NCBI GenBank assembly: GCA_951406725.2
Contig: OX597823.1
Location: forward strand, 22,320,001-22,384,000
Direction: 5' to 3'
Source: Octopus vulgaris
Taxonomy: Eukaryota
Length of the DNA stretch: 64,000 nucleotides
Shown: positions 29,904 through 44,019 of the stretch, piece by piece
How positions within the stretch are numbered: position 1 is the stretch's first letter
How the letters are laid out: every line of letters starts with the position of its first letter
Notes under the pieces: generated by a model
What the model was told of the DNA's origin: nothing
What the model saw: the letters and a program-made list of their open reading frames with translations, nothing else
Database searches by the model: none
Made by a program: the position numbers and the translations under genes

Positions 29904-29997
29904 AACACTGAACACATAACATGCATCTGTGTGGGTGAGTCTGTGTACGTGTAGGAGAAAATATATATAATTTTATATATATATATATATATGTACA

Positions 29998-30028
<31 letters not shown>

Positions 30029-30041
30029 CTGTATATATATA

Positions 30042-30101
<60 letters not shown>

Positions 30102-30162
30102 TACATTTTCTCCTACACGAACACAGAATCACCCACACAGATGCATGTTATGCGTTCAGTGC
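29904..30162. repeat. inverted repeat (~68 bp arms) with a TA-rich spacer
   Basis: cactgaacacataacatgcatctgtgtgggtga...gtaggagaaaat versus attttctcctacac...acagatgcatgttatgcgttcagtg. Confidence 0.85.
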
Positions 30163-30362
30163 TGAATAACATGAAGTAGAAGCTCACATATAGAGACAGT
30201 GGAGTCTGTTGTAGTATAATATTCAAGTAACCGAGATTAATTCATAATATCTTTAGTGTATTTGTGTAGTGGTTCATGTAAGCGACTGAAGACAAGCTAA
30301 GTAGGCGCGTGGAAATGGGGAAATAAAAAACAGATTTAGATTTCTAGCTATAAAGTGTCAAT

Positions 30363-30413
<51 letters not shown>

Positions 30414-30444
30414 CTCTCTCTCTCTCTCTCTCACTGTCTCTGTC

Positions 30445-30476
<32 letters not shown>

Positions 30477-30718
30477 ACACACACTCAAATATAAAAAAGT
30501 ATTTTTTGTGTATTTGTGAATGAGTGTTTATGTATGTGAGAAAGATGAAAAGCGCGTGTGCGTGCATGTATGCGTGCGTGTGTGTGTGTGTGTATGCATG
30601 TATATACATATATATATATATAAAGTTAATCCAAACAAGAAAACAAAAAGACAACAACGCAAGGATGTGGAACAAATAAAGTATTATTGGACGCTCAGGA
30701 AAGAAGGGAAGAAGGAGG

Positions 30719-30753
30719 GTTTGACGTTTCGAGCGGAGCTCTTCGTCGGAAAC
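30719..30753 (-). ncRNA. minimal type I hammerhead motif (U4>C) in a TA-flanked PLE-like fragment (30622-~30930)
   Basis: gttt-CCGACGA-a-gagc(tcc)gctc-GAAA-cg-TC-aaac. Confidence 0.7.
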
Positions 30754-31354
30754 ATAGGAGAAAGAAAGATCCCGAGACGGGAGGACAGAGGAAAAAAAGT
30801 TGCAGGTAGTATTCACGAGGTCACATACTAAAAAGACGGAAGTGGTAAAAATGGAGGAAAATATTTTTTTAAAAACAAGAGAGCTGAATCAAAGAAGGAA
30901 TGGTAATAAAGGTGTGCGAGATGACAAGGGTGTGTGTGTGAGTGTGTGCGTGTGTGTGTATGTGTGTGTATGGTGGACAATGGCTAGTAGCAGGCAATAG
31001 TAGAATTAAAGGAGTGGTGTGGGGGTACCCTAGCAAGTCAGAAAGGCAGGTCAGAAACAGGGAGGTATGTGTGTGTGCGTGTATATGTATCGTGTGTGTG
31101 TTTTGTTGTAGTATGTGTGTGTGTACGTGTGCGTTTTTTGTGTGTATGGCGAGTAACTGTGCTTAACTTAGTGTATGTGTGCGTGTGTGCTTGTACGTGC
31201 GTGTGAGTGTATATATACGTATGTATGATTGTGTGCGTGTATGTATGTGTGTGCGTGTATGTATGGTTGTGTGCCGTATGGGATGCATGTGTGGGTTCAT
31301 TTGTGTGTGTGTGAGTGAAAAGGCTGGCTCTTTGAAATACAGGAACAACAGAAA

Positions 31355-31543
31355 TAGGAAGAGTGAGTGAGAGAAAGTTGTGGTGAAAGAGTACAGCAGG
31401 GTTCGTCACCACCCACTGCCGGAGCCTCGAGGAGCTTTAAGTGATTTCGCTCAATACACATTCACAACGCCCGATCTGGGAATCGAAACTGCGATCCTAC
31501 GACCGTGAGACCGCTGCCCTAACCACTGGGCCATTGCGCCTCC
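31355..31543 (-). mobile_element. SINE of the 27308-27587 family
   Basis: ggaggcgcaatggcccagtggttagggcagcgg...gtttcgattccc. Confidence 0.8.
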
Positions 31544-31599
31544 ACTCACACACAAACACACATACACATACACTCATATATATATATATATATATATAT

Positions 31600-31670
<71 letters not shown>

Positions 31671-31706
31671 TATAGATATATAGATGGATAGATAGATGGA
31701 TAAATG

Positions 31707-31783
<77 letters not shown>

Positions 31784-34389
31784 TTAGAGATAAAGATATA
31801 GATGTATAGGTATGTGTATGTATGTATATCAAATAAAAATTTACCTTCTTTTAAATGATGAAATTTTAATGACAAAAATTTTAATAAGCATCGTGTGACT
31901 ACTAGCAACAAACATCAGTTGATGTATGTTAATAGCATTTTCAAAATGTGTATTTTGATTTAATTATTTGATATGACGTTTTCAGGTAGACTTTGATCTG
32001 TAGTCATATTTAAATAATAAAATTTATGTGGTATCTAAAATATGAGGGTTTATCATGTCATCGGCGATGCCTTATATAATAGTGAAACAGTAGCAGATAA
32101 AATGGCCACCGTGGGTGTATACTACTGAAGTTTGATGCTCAGACTATGCTATGGATCTACATTGAAACTTCTGGCTACTTTAACTGCCCTTGAGCAAGGC
32201 AACTGCGAAAATCTAATTAAAGTTTCAAGCAACATATTCGATGTTTGTCGATGAATAACAAGGGAAATTACTGTCATAGATCCTCTCATAGGACCATTTT
32301 CGAAAGAAATGCCATACACATTAGTGTCAAAAGCAAAAATCCCCTAAACCAACTTGTGCTATTGCATGTGCATCCTAGTATATATATACGTATGTATAAA
32401 TGTATATGTAGACACAGACATATACAAATTTAAGTCAGTACTGATGAGCAGACAAGAAGGTGGAGTAAAAATTGACATGCATTATTGCATTGAGAATGCC
32501 ATGCCAATGTTATGTGTTTATTGGGAGCAAATGGGAATGTCAACCAAAAATGTGACTGTACAAACAGAACATTGACGGAAACACAGTTCTCATGTAGGAC
32601 GGGTTATTCCATTTTAGTCTCATTTCTAGAGGTTTTATAGCCGAAAAGGAAGCGACTCTTGGTAAGAGTATTTATCTTATTTCACCTTAGCTTCATGCAA
32701 CGGTCATTAAAGGTAATCTTGGAATCACGCACAACTCACCGGGTAGACAATTGATAACTACGAAAGCACACACAACTAATAACTGTAACATTTAAGGCGC
32801 GCACAATAACTGCAGATAAATACATTCGCACTAAATAGCAGGAAGACTACAACTGCAAAATAACGTTACATTATTACGGTGAAGCGTTATAAATTATATC
32901 CATTTTATGGTAAATTGGGATTTATGTAAAATATATAATACAGCCGTCTTAACTTTGGTTTATATAGCGCTTGGTGTATTACGGTAAAATGCACTTCAGC
33001 ATCTGGCAATTATGGATAACGTAACGCGGATCCCCAGAGTTCTATAATTGATGTGTGTCTGTGTGTCTGTGTACAACGGTGCTAAGACAATATTTCACTA
33101 ATATTCTTCAGTTTTTATCGTTGAAGAATTGTTCTGATGCTCTCGGGTGACTTATGTTTGATGTGCAATATTTCACTTGATCATCGGCATTACTTTTAAT
33201 GCGCTATTAATGTTCAAGAAGTGTTGCGAAGCTCGCTGGTAATATATCGTTGTTGTGTAGTAGAGTGGGTTCAATTCTTACATGGGATAGTACGTTGAGT
33301 CAAAGGTCAAAGCACTTCTTTTCTCGTTGTTCCAGTTTACTCGGTGCTAAATGAATACCAGCCGGGTAATGAGGCATCTCTCTCTCTGCCTCAATCGTGC
33401 ATTTTGTGTATGTGCCATTGAATGAAGGAAGCGAGCACCAAAGAGATTGTCTATGTCTGATCACAACTACATAGATTCAAAACAGAATTACTAGATACAT
33501 GGTGCAAGTTACCAAGTCATATCCATTCGCATGTGGTAGCTTGCTGTTCGATGTATGCACGTGTGCGCGGCCTGCGTGTTTGAATGCATATATGTTCGTC
33601 ATGTGTGTGCATGTGTGTGCATGCGTGTGTTTGTGTGTGTGTCTGAGTGTATAAGGGTAAGTGTTTGTGAGTGTGTGTTTGTATATATTAGAACATACAT
33701 CTCTAGACACAAACCATTCATTCTCCGTACGCAGAACCATGGGTTTCAGTGTTAATCCTTGGTGAAGATTGAATCCAGGAAAACATCCCCAACACTCTCT
33801 GATCTTCGCCTATATCTCATACCCCTACTAAAACGGAAAACTTGATGTGGAGTTGAAGCTTTGCTTCTCCTGTAAAGATCGGGTCTAATTGGCAGCTACT
33901 TCCAACGGGGCGCCAAAGAAAGCTTCTCTTTTCTTCTAGTTGGACAACTATCCATTTAAATCAGGATATTGGATAACCACAGCTAATCACTCAAGCATTA
34001 CTTGGTAATGCGCCATCCATAGCATGGCCATCTGCATGGCATACGCGATGCAGTTAAGAGAAAAGAGCAAAAAATTGGCTGTCGGATTTTTCTCGATGAC
34101 TTCGATATACCAGATCTTCATTTTCTCATCACTAAACTTCTGGGAGTGTTGCAGAAGAGACAATTTTGTTGCGACCTGAAAAAAATGGTAATCTCTCATT
34201 ACCTTAGAAAACACTGCAATGGGACTGTTTAAGAGGCACAGCACCAAGTGTCAGTAAAGTGTGAGACATTCATATCACTGTCATGAAGGATGGCTTCACA
34301 ACCTGTCTATGTATAAGAACGTACGCGTGCGCGCATATTCATGTAGTTAAATACCCATGTTTTAATGCTCTCTATTGCGTTCTTGTTCC

Positions 34390-34432
<43 letters not shown>

Positions 34433-34435
<3 letters not shown>

Positions 34436-35068
34436 AAAGTCTTGTAGACTTTGGATACGTGTGTGGGCCGAACGAGGCATCAGACTTTCCACCAAGCTGG
34501 CAGTCTATAGGGCAGTCGTCATCACCTCTCTGCTCTACGGCTGTGGGACGTGGACGCGGTATAGGAGGCAAATGCGAGTACGTGACCAGTTACACCTCCG
34601 CTGCTTGCGATGAAGCATGGGAATTTCCTGGGAGGACAGAGTCTCCAACACTCCGGTGGGTCGGACATGTAGTCCGAATGGACGACGCACGTCTATCAAA
34701 GATGATCTTCTTCTCTGAGCTGGCTTCTGGAGCAAGAAAATCTGAAAGGACACTCAGGCGATACAAGGACAGCCGGAAAACTTCCCTTGAGGCCTGCGGC
34801 ATTTCAGCCCTTGGCTGGGAATCGCTTGATTCTGACCGCGGCATCTGGCGTCTAGCTGTCCAAACGGGTGTTAAGCTGTTCGAGGAAAAGCACATCAAGA
34901 GCCTGGATCAGAAGCAACAAGCCCGAAAAGAGAGAATCCCCAACCCTACTTCTGCTGTTATGTGCTCAACATGTGGCCACGTCTGCGCGTCCGCCTCTGG
35001 GTTCCGCTCTCACCTCCGGCGTCACTGACGTCATTGTCGAGTCCCGACAGACTTTCATTATTATCATC

Positions 35069-35072
<4 letters not shown>
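34433..35072 (+). mobile_element. RTE-clade LINE 3' fragment (frameshifted) between (TA)n tracts
   Basis: RVW..RGIRLSTKLAVYRAVV..SLLYGC.TW, LRWVGHVVRMDD.RL.K, RYKD..K, DR..WR, C-terminal C2H2. Confidence 0.88.
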
Positions 35073-35130
<58 letters not shown>

Positions 35131-35289
35131 CCTGCTCACTTAGCCAGCGGGGTGGTGTCATTTGAAGGCTAAAACAATGCGAAGCGCATTGTGACCAGCT
35201 ATGTGTAGCAACACCTGATAGCTTGGTCGGTCACAGTGATCACGGTCATATATATATATATATATACCAGATTAATAATTATATACATA

Positions 35290-35570
35290 ATTTTATTAAA
35301 GGGGTCAGGAAAGAACCTTCTCCAACATGCTGAAAATAGACACCACTATATAACTCCAATAAAACACAGGTTGTAAAATACTAAATAAAATTTCACAGTT
35401 AATTGCGTATTGAGTCGAATTTGGGTATTAAAGCAATAAAAAAGCTTATTTCCCATCATCAGCACAATATTCAAGGTATATAACCACAAATGCTTATACC
35501 TACCCATACAATGCAAAGCCGTACGTCCATATAGAAATACCTGCACATATATGCCAGATAAATATAGTAT
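35290..35570 (+). repeat. unclassified dispersed repeat, second copy at 42890-43140
   Basis: shared ttaaaggg.tcaggaaaga...ccaacatgctgaaaat...taactccaa.aaaacacaggttgtaa. Confidence 0.7.
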
Positions 35571-36307
35571 ACAATGATCGCCAAGACAACCTCAGACAAG
35601 CTGCATACATTATTAAATCATGGCGTGCAATTAGGCGGTTTTGGGGTGGGGTTTGCTATGAGCTAATTTTGTGTTTTGGTATTAGATATATTTTTCCCAC
35701 TTCCATTCATCTAGTTATATATAGACGAATTTATGGTAATGGTCAATAAGGTAACATGAAGAGAAGTTCAATTTCATATACAAGCAACATTCTATTAAGT
35801 TACTTCCTAGTTTTCTTTCCTATTGTGAAGTTTTTGAATCACCCTCTCATGCGTATCTTCATAGATATTGTAAGCTGTGGGCGTAATGCAAGAGCGATGT
35901 TCGTTCTGATTTCTTCTAGCCTGGCACGTTCTGGCTCATCTATTTCTTATTACTTCAGATAAACATTTGAGAATAAGTGTTTATCTTTCTCGAAAATAGC
36001 CTGTGATTATTATGTGTCTTCTCATCTATGTATCATGTTGATTGATTTTTCACTGAAATTCTTGCTAATAATTATACTTTTAGCTACTATCTTCTGGTCA
36101 TGAAGTTTGTCACTGCTTTAACTACATATATGCATAAATCTGTCTATGTATGTACGTATGTTTGTATATTTATATGCGTGCATATATATGATTATATGTG
36201 TGCACGTATTTTTCACTCATCTCAGTTTGCGAAGACGAAATTTATTGAATGGCTGGATTTGTACTTTTAGATTCATGTATGTATACACATGAGTGTATGT
36301 GTATGCG

Positions 36308-36402
<95 letters not shown>

Positions 36403-36428
36403 ACATACATACATACATACATATTATG

Positions 36429-36478
<50 letters not shown>

Positions 36479-36614
36479 CATATTTATATACACATATGCA
36501 TATATATACGCATACATACATGTACATACACACATACATATGTTTGTACTTATGTATCTAAACATATATAATAGGTAATATATAGATAGATAAATAGATA
36601 GAGAGATAGATAGG

Positions 36615-36646
<32 letters not shown>

Positions 36647-37111
36647 AAGAAAAAAAGGAAGAAAGAAAGAAAGAAATAGATCGACTGGTCGGTAAATAGA
36701 AACAGAGACAAACAGACAGACAAAAGAACAGACGGACAGATAGGTAGACTTGCATACATACAGACTGACCTTAGTACAATGTCCATATGCATTTACAACA
36801 AGCTTAACTACTGCATTTGTTTTACATATTCTTCACAGTTTCATAAATGACTTTTCTAATTAAACGTATCTTATCTGGTCTTGTGAAGGACAGTTTCTTT
36901 GCACAGATAATTACAGAAATAAATCCAAGGTTATTGCCCTGTTACCGTATCTGCAGATTTCTCATTACTTCCATTTAATGCATTCTTTTTCACTTAATTT
37001 TGACATGATGCTGACATCTGAGTTATTCTAACTTCTTGAGAGAGATCGAGCCGATTGCTAACAAAGCAACAAGATACTTTGAGCTAAGAGTGTTCCCGAT
37101 GTTTGTAAATA

Positions 37112-38699
37112 CCGTAAATCCTCGAGTATAATCCGCATTTTTTCTCAAAATTTAATGGCCAAAATTACGAGGTTAAAAATGAAAAATATTTTCTAAGTAA
37201 TGTCCGAGTCTCTATTTGCTGTCCGGCAATGTTTATTCAGACGGATTTTGTGATGTCGGGCGCGAAAATAACTTAAGCTAAGCCTGAAAGCAATGAAGTC
37301 ATAAAAGAATCATCCATAACTTGCAGTAAGCAACATTTATTAAAATAAAAGTATTCAGAACACAGAATAACATGTAACAAAAACAATTTGCAAACATATT
37401 TACATTCACATATAACAGTTAAGAACATCACCATTATTGTATTACGCCTGCGCGGAAGTGTTTGTTCGACTTGGTGCTGCTGGCTTAATTATGCACGAAT
37501 TGTGCTTAATAGTTTAGCGCTAAATAGTTCATCCTGCTGTTTGTATTGGCAGTTTGCATCATTACCGTGGCAAACAATAGATAATTAAATACCAGTATTA
37601 AATATTTGAACTACTGTGGGTCTTTACTAGGGTTTTTTATAAGCGGGACTTAAACCTGTACCTTAATCTCCAATAAAACATTTTATACATTACATGCTCA
37701 TAAAATGCCTCGTAGATCTTAGCTATGTTTAAACTTGAAGTTATATCATATGCTGAAGGGCATGTTAATAGGACCGTCGGAAGAAAATTTGATGTTGACG
37801 AAAGCAATGTCAGGTTATGGAGAAGAAATAAAGAGGAAATTAAACAGATGCCAAAGATAAAGAGGGAAGAAGTGGGTAAAAAGCCAAACATCCTGAGCTT
37901 GAAGAAATTTTGCTTGAATGGGTAGAGGTAAGAAGACTTGGTGGAATAGCTATTAATACCGTACATCTGAGACTACAGGCAAAACTCATTGCTAAAAAGA
38001 TAAAACGTAATGAGTCAGAATTTAAAGCATCACGTGCCTGGGTCAGTAACTTTATGTCAAGGCATGACTCGTATATTAGGAGGCGAACCGACATTTCACA
38101 AAAGGATCGTGTATGAATGGGATGAACTTGATCCCCAGATTATTGTGAAAAGTTTTATCAAATGTTGTATATCTTCTGCACTGGATGGTACTCAAGATGA
38201 CGTTGTATGGAAAGATGAAATAAATGAAAGTGAATCTTCTGATGTTGACTATGAATCTGACGATGACGGAGATTTACACTACAATGATGCTAACATGTTT
38301 ACGGAGAAACAAATGGAACAGTTATTTGATGGAACAGTTAAGTGACGTTGAATTTGAAGAATTTGAATAAATGTTTTTGCTTTTGCTTTTGTAACTGATT
38401 GTGATAAATATGTAAAGGCAATTTACTTAATATTTATTTTTCACTGACGTTATTACTGCTATTTCTTTATTTTCTGCGAACAAAATGCACAAAAAAAGCT
38501 ACACGTTTGCATGATGTTATATATACAATAATAATAAAGGACGTTACCGTATACATTTTTACTAATATATAGACATCCTTGACTCAAGTTAGAGAAGGGG
38601 TGCATGATATACACATGGTTTAGGTTTTTCAGAGGTACAGCTCCTTAAAAATCCCCTGCGTATTATACTCAAGGGCGGACTATACTCGAGGATTTACGG
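37112..38699 (+). mobile_element. internally deleted pogo-superfamily DNA transposon
   Basis: TA|CCGTAAATCCTCGAGTATAATCCGC ... GCGGACTATACTCGAGGATTTACGG|TA. Frameshifted Brinker-like DBD (FKLEVI.YAE...NR..GRKF.VDE.NVR.WR), CENP-B HTH (FKAS..W...FM.RH) and C-terminal W......IVKSF.KC.IS..LDG..DD; DDE core missing. Confidence 0.9.
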
Positions 38700-38817
38700 T
38701 ATGTGGTTGAATTGGTGTGTCGGTTGAACTGTCGATGCATACACCTAAGCGTTGGCATCTATTCATATAAAAATTTCACATGGAAAATTTATGTATATAA
38801 GTATATATGTATGTTTG

Positions 38818-38855
<38 letters not shown>

Positions 38856-38957
38856 GGAGTAAACACATAAATGTGAAACGAGGTGGAAAAAAGAGTACTC
38901 AAATACCAGTGGTAGAATAATATGCTTTATTTAAAGCAGCAGAAAATTCAACAAAAC

Positions 38958-38995
38958 CTGTTACTCTGAGTTTCCCGTTGCCGTTCATCGGACAG
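38958..38995 (-). ncRNA. type I hammerhead-like motif inside a foldback insert (38853-39051)
   Basis: ctgt-CCGATGA-acggcaacgg-GAAA-ctcagag-TA-acag; the related copy at ~49216-49245 has stem II acg(ggaa)cgt. Confidence 0.6.
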
Positions 38996-39047
38996 TTTTT
39001 TCTAGCAAAAACAGGTTTCGTTGAATTTTCTGCTGCTTTAAATAAAG

Positions 39048-39144
<97 letters not shown>

Positions 39145-39536
39145 CTGTGTGTCTGTGTCTGTGCCTGTAAATATCCATGCCTGCATGCATATATGCATTA
39201 CGTTTTTCGGTTTTTCTTTTGAGATTTAATAAGATTTTTCTTTTGCAAATTTCAAACCAGTCACTAACAAAGTGTCCTTGTCTTTAAGGGAAGTGAGACT
39301 TCGCACTTTCTCAATATCCGAATTCGTTGGTTGGTTGGTGCAAATATATTTTTATGTGTGAATACAATTGAGAAGAGTCGCTTTATGTAGTAAGTAGAAG
39401 CTGTAAATCGTCATCATTTGAGTTAACGAGCTTTGCAGCTCATTAACAAGCAATGGTGACATTTTTCAATCATATACATACTTGCACTCATACATATATA
39501 CATATATATATATATGTGTATGTGTGTGTGTATACG

Positions 39537-39596
<60 letters not shown>

Positions 39597-39651
39597 TATA
39601 CATACATATATATATACATATATATATATATGTGTGTGTGTGCTTGTATAC

Positions 39652-39701
<50 letters not shown>

Positions 39702-41133
39702 ATACGTGTATATATATATATATACATATATATACATACATATATATACATATATATACATATATATATATATACATATATATATATATGTGTATGTATA
39801 TATACATACATATATATTTGTATGTATATGTACATATGTATCTATATTGTTCATACAAATGCTTTCATACATACATCAACTTGTAGTATCCACGTAGAGC
39901 AAGAAACCTGAATAATATCTGTGTATTTTGCGTATTATCGTTTTGATGGCTGCAGAATACAAATCACTAATTACTTGTCGGTTGACCGCCTTATTACTTT
40001 ACCAACTCGTCCATCCATGCTCTCAAAGAGTAAAACAACACAAACCAGGACGTGTTACTTATTCATTTATCACAAGTCAATAAATACATCCAAGGACTTC
40101 GTTTCTTCCATGATTTGGGAAGCAATTTTGCATATTTGATTTGCACAAACATGTGTAAGCTGTGGAATCAGATTTTTCTAAATATTCCTATTTAGTGCAT
40201 CTTTTCATTAACATAATTTAGCATGATCTTCAATATACAACTTTTGCATGTTTTCAAGCGATTTTATCTCTCTTGAAGAACTATTACTCCTTTCCAATTA
40301 TTTCTGTCGTATAAGTCTCCCTTTTCCCAGTAGAATGCAATGATCAAACGATATTCATTTCTTTCATCCTACAGTATCGTTTTCGGCGGTGGTAGTATCA
40401 GCAAATGTAAGACTGGACAACACTTCTCTTTAAATTAGTAATTGAACCTCGGCCAGCGTTAGTTACGTAATATAAAGGTTATATGCCTAAAGTGACTTTA
40501 GATTTTCCAATAACAGTAGCAGTGTTGCGTGCGGTGACATTTGAATACTTGTTAAGTGCAATACTTTATGGTTCAATTGTTCTCAGTATCAAATAATTAT
40601 TGTGAAAATGAGTTATAATCCAGGTGGATAACCTCCTAGATAATGTATTTACTTTGGGGCAATGTACATGCGGTGATGGCTGTATTTTAGAGCGCATTTT
40701 CGTATAATGCTTCAGCTCAAGTTTCTCCTCAAATCATAATTTATCGTCTTAAAAGAAATGGTCCCGCAGAAGAAACTATGGATATAATGCGTCTGAAAAC
40801 AAAAGGGAAGGTGGTCAAGGCTGGATTTTAAACAAGACAATATTCTAGTTCTGTATGCTTTGGTGTGTATGTGTGTGTGTGTATGTGAAGAACATATACT
40901 GAGTTACACTTCAGTAAGTTGTACTTAGAAAATTGCATTGAAAGGTAACACATACGCTACTCATCAGTTATTTCTGCATTGGGTGGGTTTGTATAAGGCG
41001 GTGATATTTATGCTTCCACAGTTTGAACATCTGTAACTTTCAATCTGGAAGTTCAGGACGGTATACTTTGAAGCCGATTTATCCTTGGACGTTTCCCGAA
41101 TGTTATTGACGCTTTGCACATGTATGTATGTAT

Positions 41134-41216
<83 letters not shown>

Positions 41217-41364
41217 GGTTATGAGAGGTAATGGTGTCAAGAAGATCCAAAAGTGTCAGGTAATGCTGAGTAAGTGCTATGGACAGACTATAGTTGAGCC
41301 CCAGGTTTCGGTAATTATGTGAATGCCGAGTCCAACGTAGGTCATATATTAGCATGCATATATA

Positions 41365-41645
41365 TAAAAAATTAACAGAATGAGATAAAAAACATCCAAG
41401 GCTATGAAAGTTTTCAGAACATTTATAAAGAGAAGGTCTTAAAGCTGTTTCCGGGATATTTTATATATCCCTTCATCAGAGACGGTGCGAGAAAATGGTT
41501 AAGCAATAGTTAATCATTTTTTCGCACCGTCTCTGATGAAGAGACATACAAAATATCCCGGAAACAGCTGTAAGTCCTTCTTTTTATAAATGTTCTGAAA
41601 CCTTTCACAGCCCTGGATTTTTATCTCATTCTGTTAATTTTACAT
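41365..41645. mobile_element. PLE-like foldback element carrying two opposed hammerhead motifs (41436-41483 minus, 41529-41576 plus)
   Basis: ~135 bp diverged arms; gtct-CTGATGA-a-gggata..tatccc-g-GAAA-cagct(t/g)-TA-ag(a/t)c. Confidence 0.8.
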
Positions 41646-41917
41646 ATGTATGTGAGCATATGTGTGTATATGTGTGCGTGTACAAGAAAAGTATGTGAAT
41701 GTATGTGAACATTGACAAGTGTATCAATTTGATTTACCATCCATATTTATAAAATACTACAATTAGTCGTCATTTTTTACGGTACGGGGCCAGATTGTTA
41801 TCAATAATATTAATACGCTAACTTTATGTTTTTAGTAAGTACCTGTTGTGTGCGTCACACTTACTTCAAAGAAGTAGCAAAGCGAGATAGAGGAGGACAG
41901 AGAGGAAGTAAGAGAGC

Positions 41918-41950
<33 letters not shown>

Positions 41951-42634
41951 TGAAAGAGACAGTGAATGGTGACAGCGTTCATTTGTGTTTTTAAATGTTT
42001 ATCACATCGCAAGGGAAGTAGATACATAGATGCATATACACATTGTTAAATCAAAAGCGGGCGAGGAGAGGGACACAAAGGAAGTGAAAGAGAAAGAGAG
42101 AAAGAAAGTGAGAGAGATAGTAGATACATAAATCCAAAGAAAAGGTCATACATAGATACATACACATAGCAAATATTAAATGTCAATTTCACTTTTCATT
42201 ACCAAACGAGGATAAAATCAACTCACAAATGGCTAAGTACTCCACAGACATGCATAACATTAATGTAGTTCTCAGGGAGATTCAGCCTCACACGGAATAT
42301 GACAAGGCTGGCCCCTTTGAATTACAGCTACAACTCGCGACATGTATATATGAATGTATTTGTGTGTATAGTTTAGATTAGTTAAAACATGTTTGCAATA
42401 ATAAGTGTCGCGTGGTGGAAATAAACGCAATTACCAAACTTTCATTCATTAATCCATTTATTATTTCGTTCTTTTGCATTTCAATTTGTACATGAAATTT
42501 ATTTGAATATGTACGATGTTTTAAGGTTAAATAATAATAATTCCGTTTACGTTTGTGTAACTGATATATTTTGGTTGGATTATATAGCCATTAGTGTTAC
42601 ATTACTTTCTATATTCTGTAACTGTTACAATATA

Positions 42635-42785
42635 CTTTTCTAGGCCTGAATATTTTGGAGGGAGTGGGTCAGTTGATTAGATCGACCCCAGTACACAATT
42701 CTTACTTAATTTATCGACGCCGAAAGGACGAAAGGCAAAGTAGGTCTCGGCAGAATTTGAACTCAGAATGTAAAGACAGGCGGTC
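42635..42785 (-). mobile_element. family A SINE fragment
   Basis: reverse complement of the core. Confidence 0.7.
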
Positions 42786-42851
42786 ATAATATACAAACGT
42801 TTCTCATGACACCAGTACACTGTTTGCTGATGCTTACATTTTTTATGTTTT

Positions 42852-42879
42852 CCGTGAATTTTTCACGGGTCCAGCTAGT
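42852..42879 (+). mobile_element. Helitron-like 3' terminus
   Basis: hairpin CCGTGAA-ttt-TTCACGG followed 6 nt later by CTAG|T. Confidence 0.6.
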
Positions 42880-43396
42880 ATATATAATTATATTAAAGGG
42901 ATCAGGAAAGATAATTTTCCAACATGCTGAAAATTAACGACAAAGGTGCAAAACACTGCCTTATAACTCCAACAAAACACAGGTTGTAAGCGAACAAATG
43001 AAAAATGCTAAATAAAACTACACAGTAAATTGTAAAGTTTAAGGTATATAATCACAGATATTTATATATAGACATACAAAGCAAAGCCTTTCATCCATAT
43101 AGAAATATCTGCGCGTATACTCCAAATAAAGTCAAATATATATTTTTCATTTCAACAACGTGTTTTTTTTTATCAAAATAGCGTCGCAGGAAATGCAATT
43201 TCGATCGGAAACAAAAATATTTTATTATTACTCTTAATAGAATTGAGGATAGAATCACGTTGATGATTATATCAAATGGTCAGCATGAAATAAAACCTTG
43301 TAGTTAATCGTGTCTCAATCACCGAAAACTAAAGTCATTAAATGTCTGGATTTGTATGTGTAGATTCATATATGTGTATATATGAGTCAGCGATGA

Positions 43397-43489
<93 letters not shown>

Positions 43490-43493
<4 letters not shown>

Positions 43494-43695
43494 GCTGGTA
43501 GAAACGTTAGCACGCCGGGCGAAATGCGTAGCCGTATTTCGTCTGCTGTTGCGTTCTGAGTTCAAATTCCGCCGAGGTCGACTTTGCCTTTCATCCTTTC
43601 GGGGTCGATAAATTAAGTACCAGTTACGCACTGGGGTCGATGTAATCGACTTAATCCGTTTGTCCCCTCTGTGTTTAGCCCCTTGTGGGTAGTAA

Positions 43696-43698
<3 letters not shown>
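43490..43698 (+). mobile_element. family A SINE
   Basis: near-identical to 8742-8973. Confidence 0.88.
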
Positions 43699-43732
<34 letters not shown>

Positions 43733-43764
43733 TATATATGTGCATTTAAGTATACGTCCAGTCA

Positions 43765-43830
43765 TAGAGTGACCGATGGTTTCGCATCTATAAAGCGCTT
43801 AGCTCTATGGGCGACTCGCGTCAGACTCTA
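43765..43830 (-). ncRNA. type I hammerhead-like motif (A9>C) in a TA-flanked insert (43745-43950)
   Basis: tagagt-CTGACGC-g...atagagc(taagc)gctttat...c-GAAA-cc(atc)gg-TC-actcta. Confidence 0.6.
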
Positions 43831-43947
43831 ATGGCGAAGGCCATATAGCTCTTCAATATATATAGCCATATATCGCTAAATGCTTTTAAATACATTATTG
43901 GTCTATGCTTTAGAGTGCGCTTCCTTTTCGGATATATGATACACTGA

Positions 43948-44019
<72 letters not shown>

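Noticed and set aside
39423-39911. Numerous YIYI/HTHT/LSIY/poly-L/N ORFs here and throughout the window
   Set aside because: Translations of stop-free microsatellites; not genes
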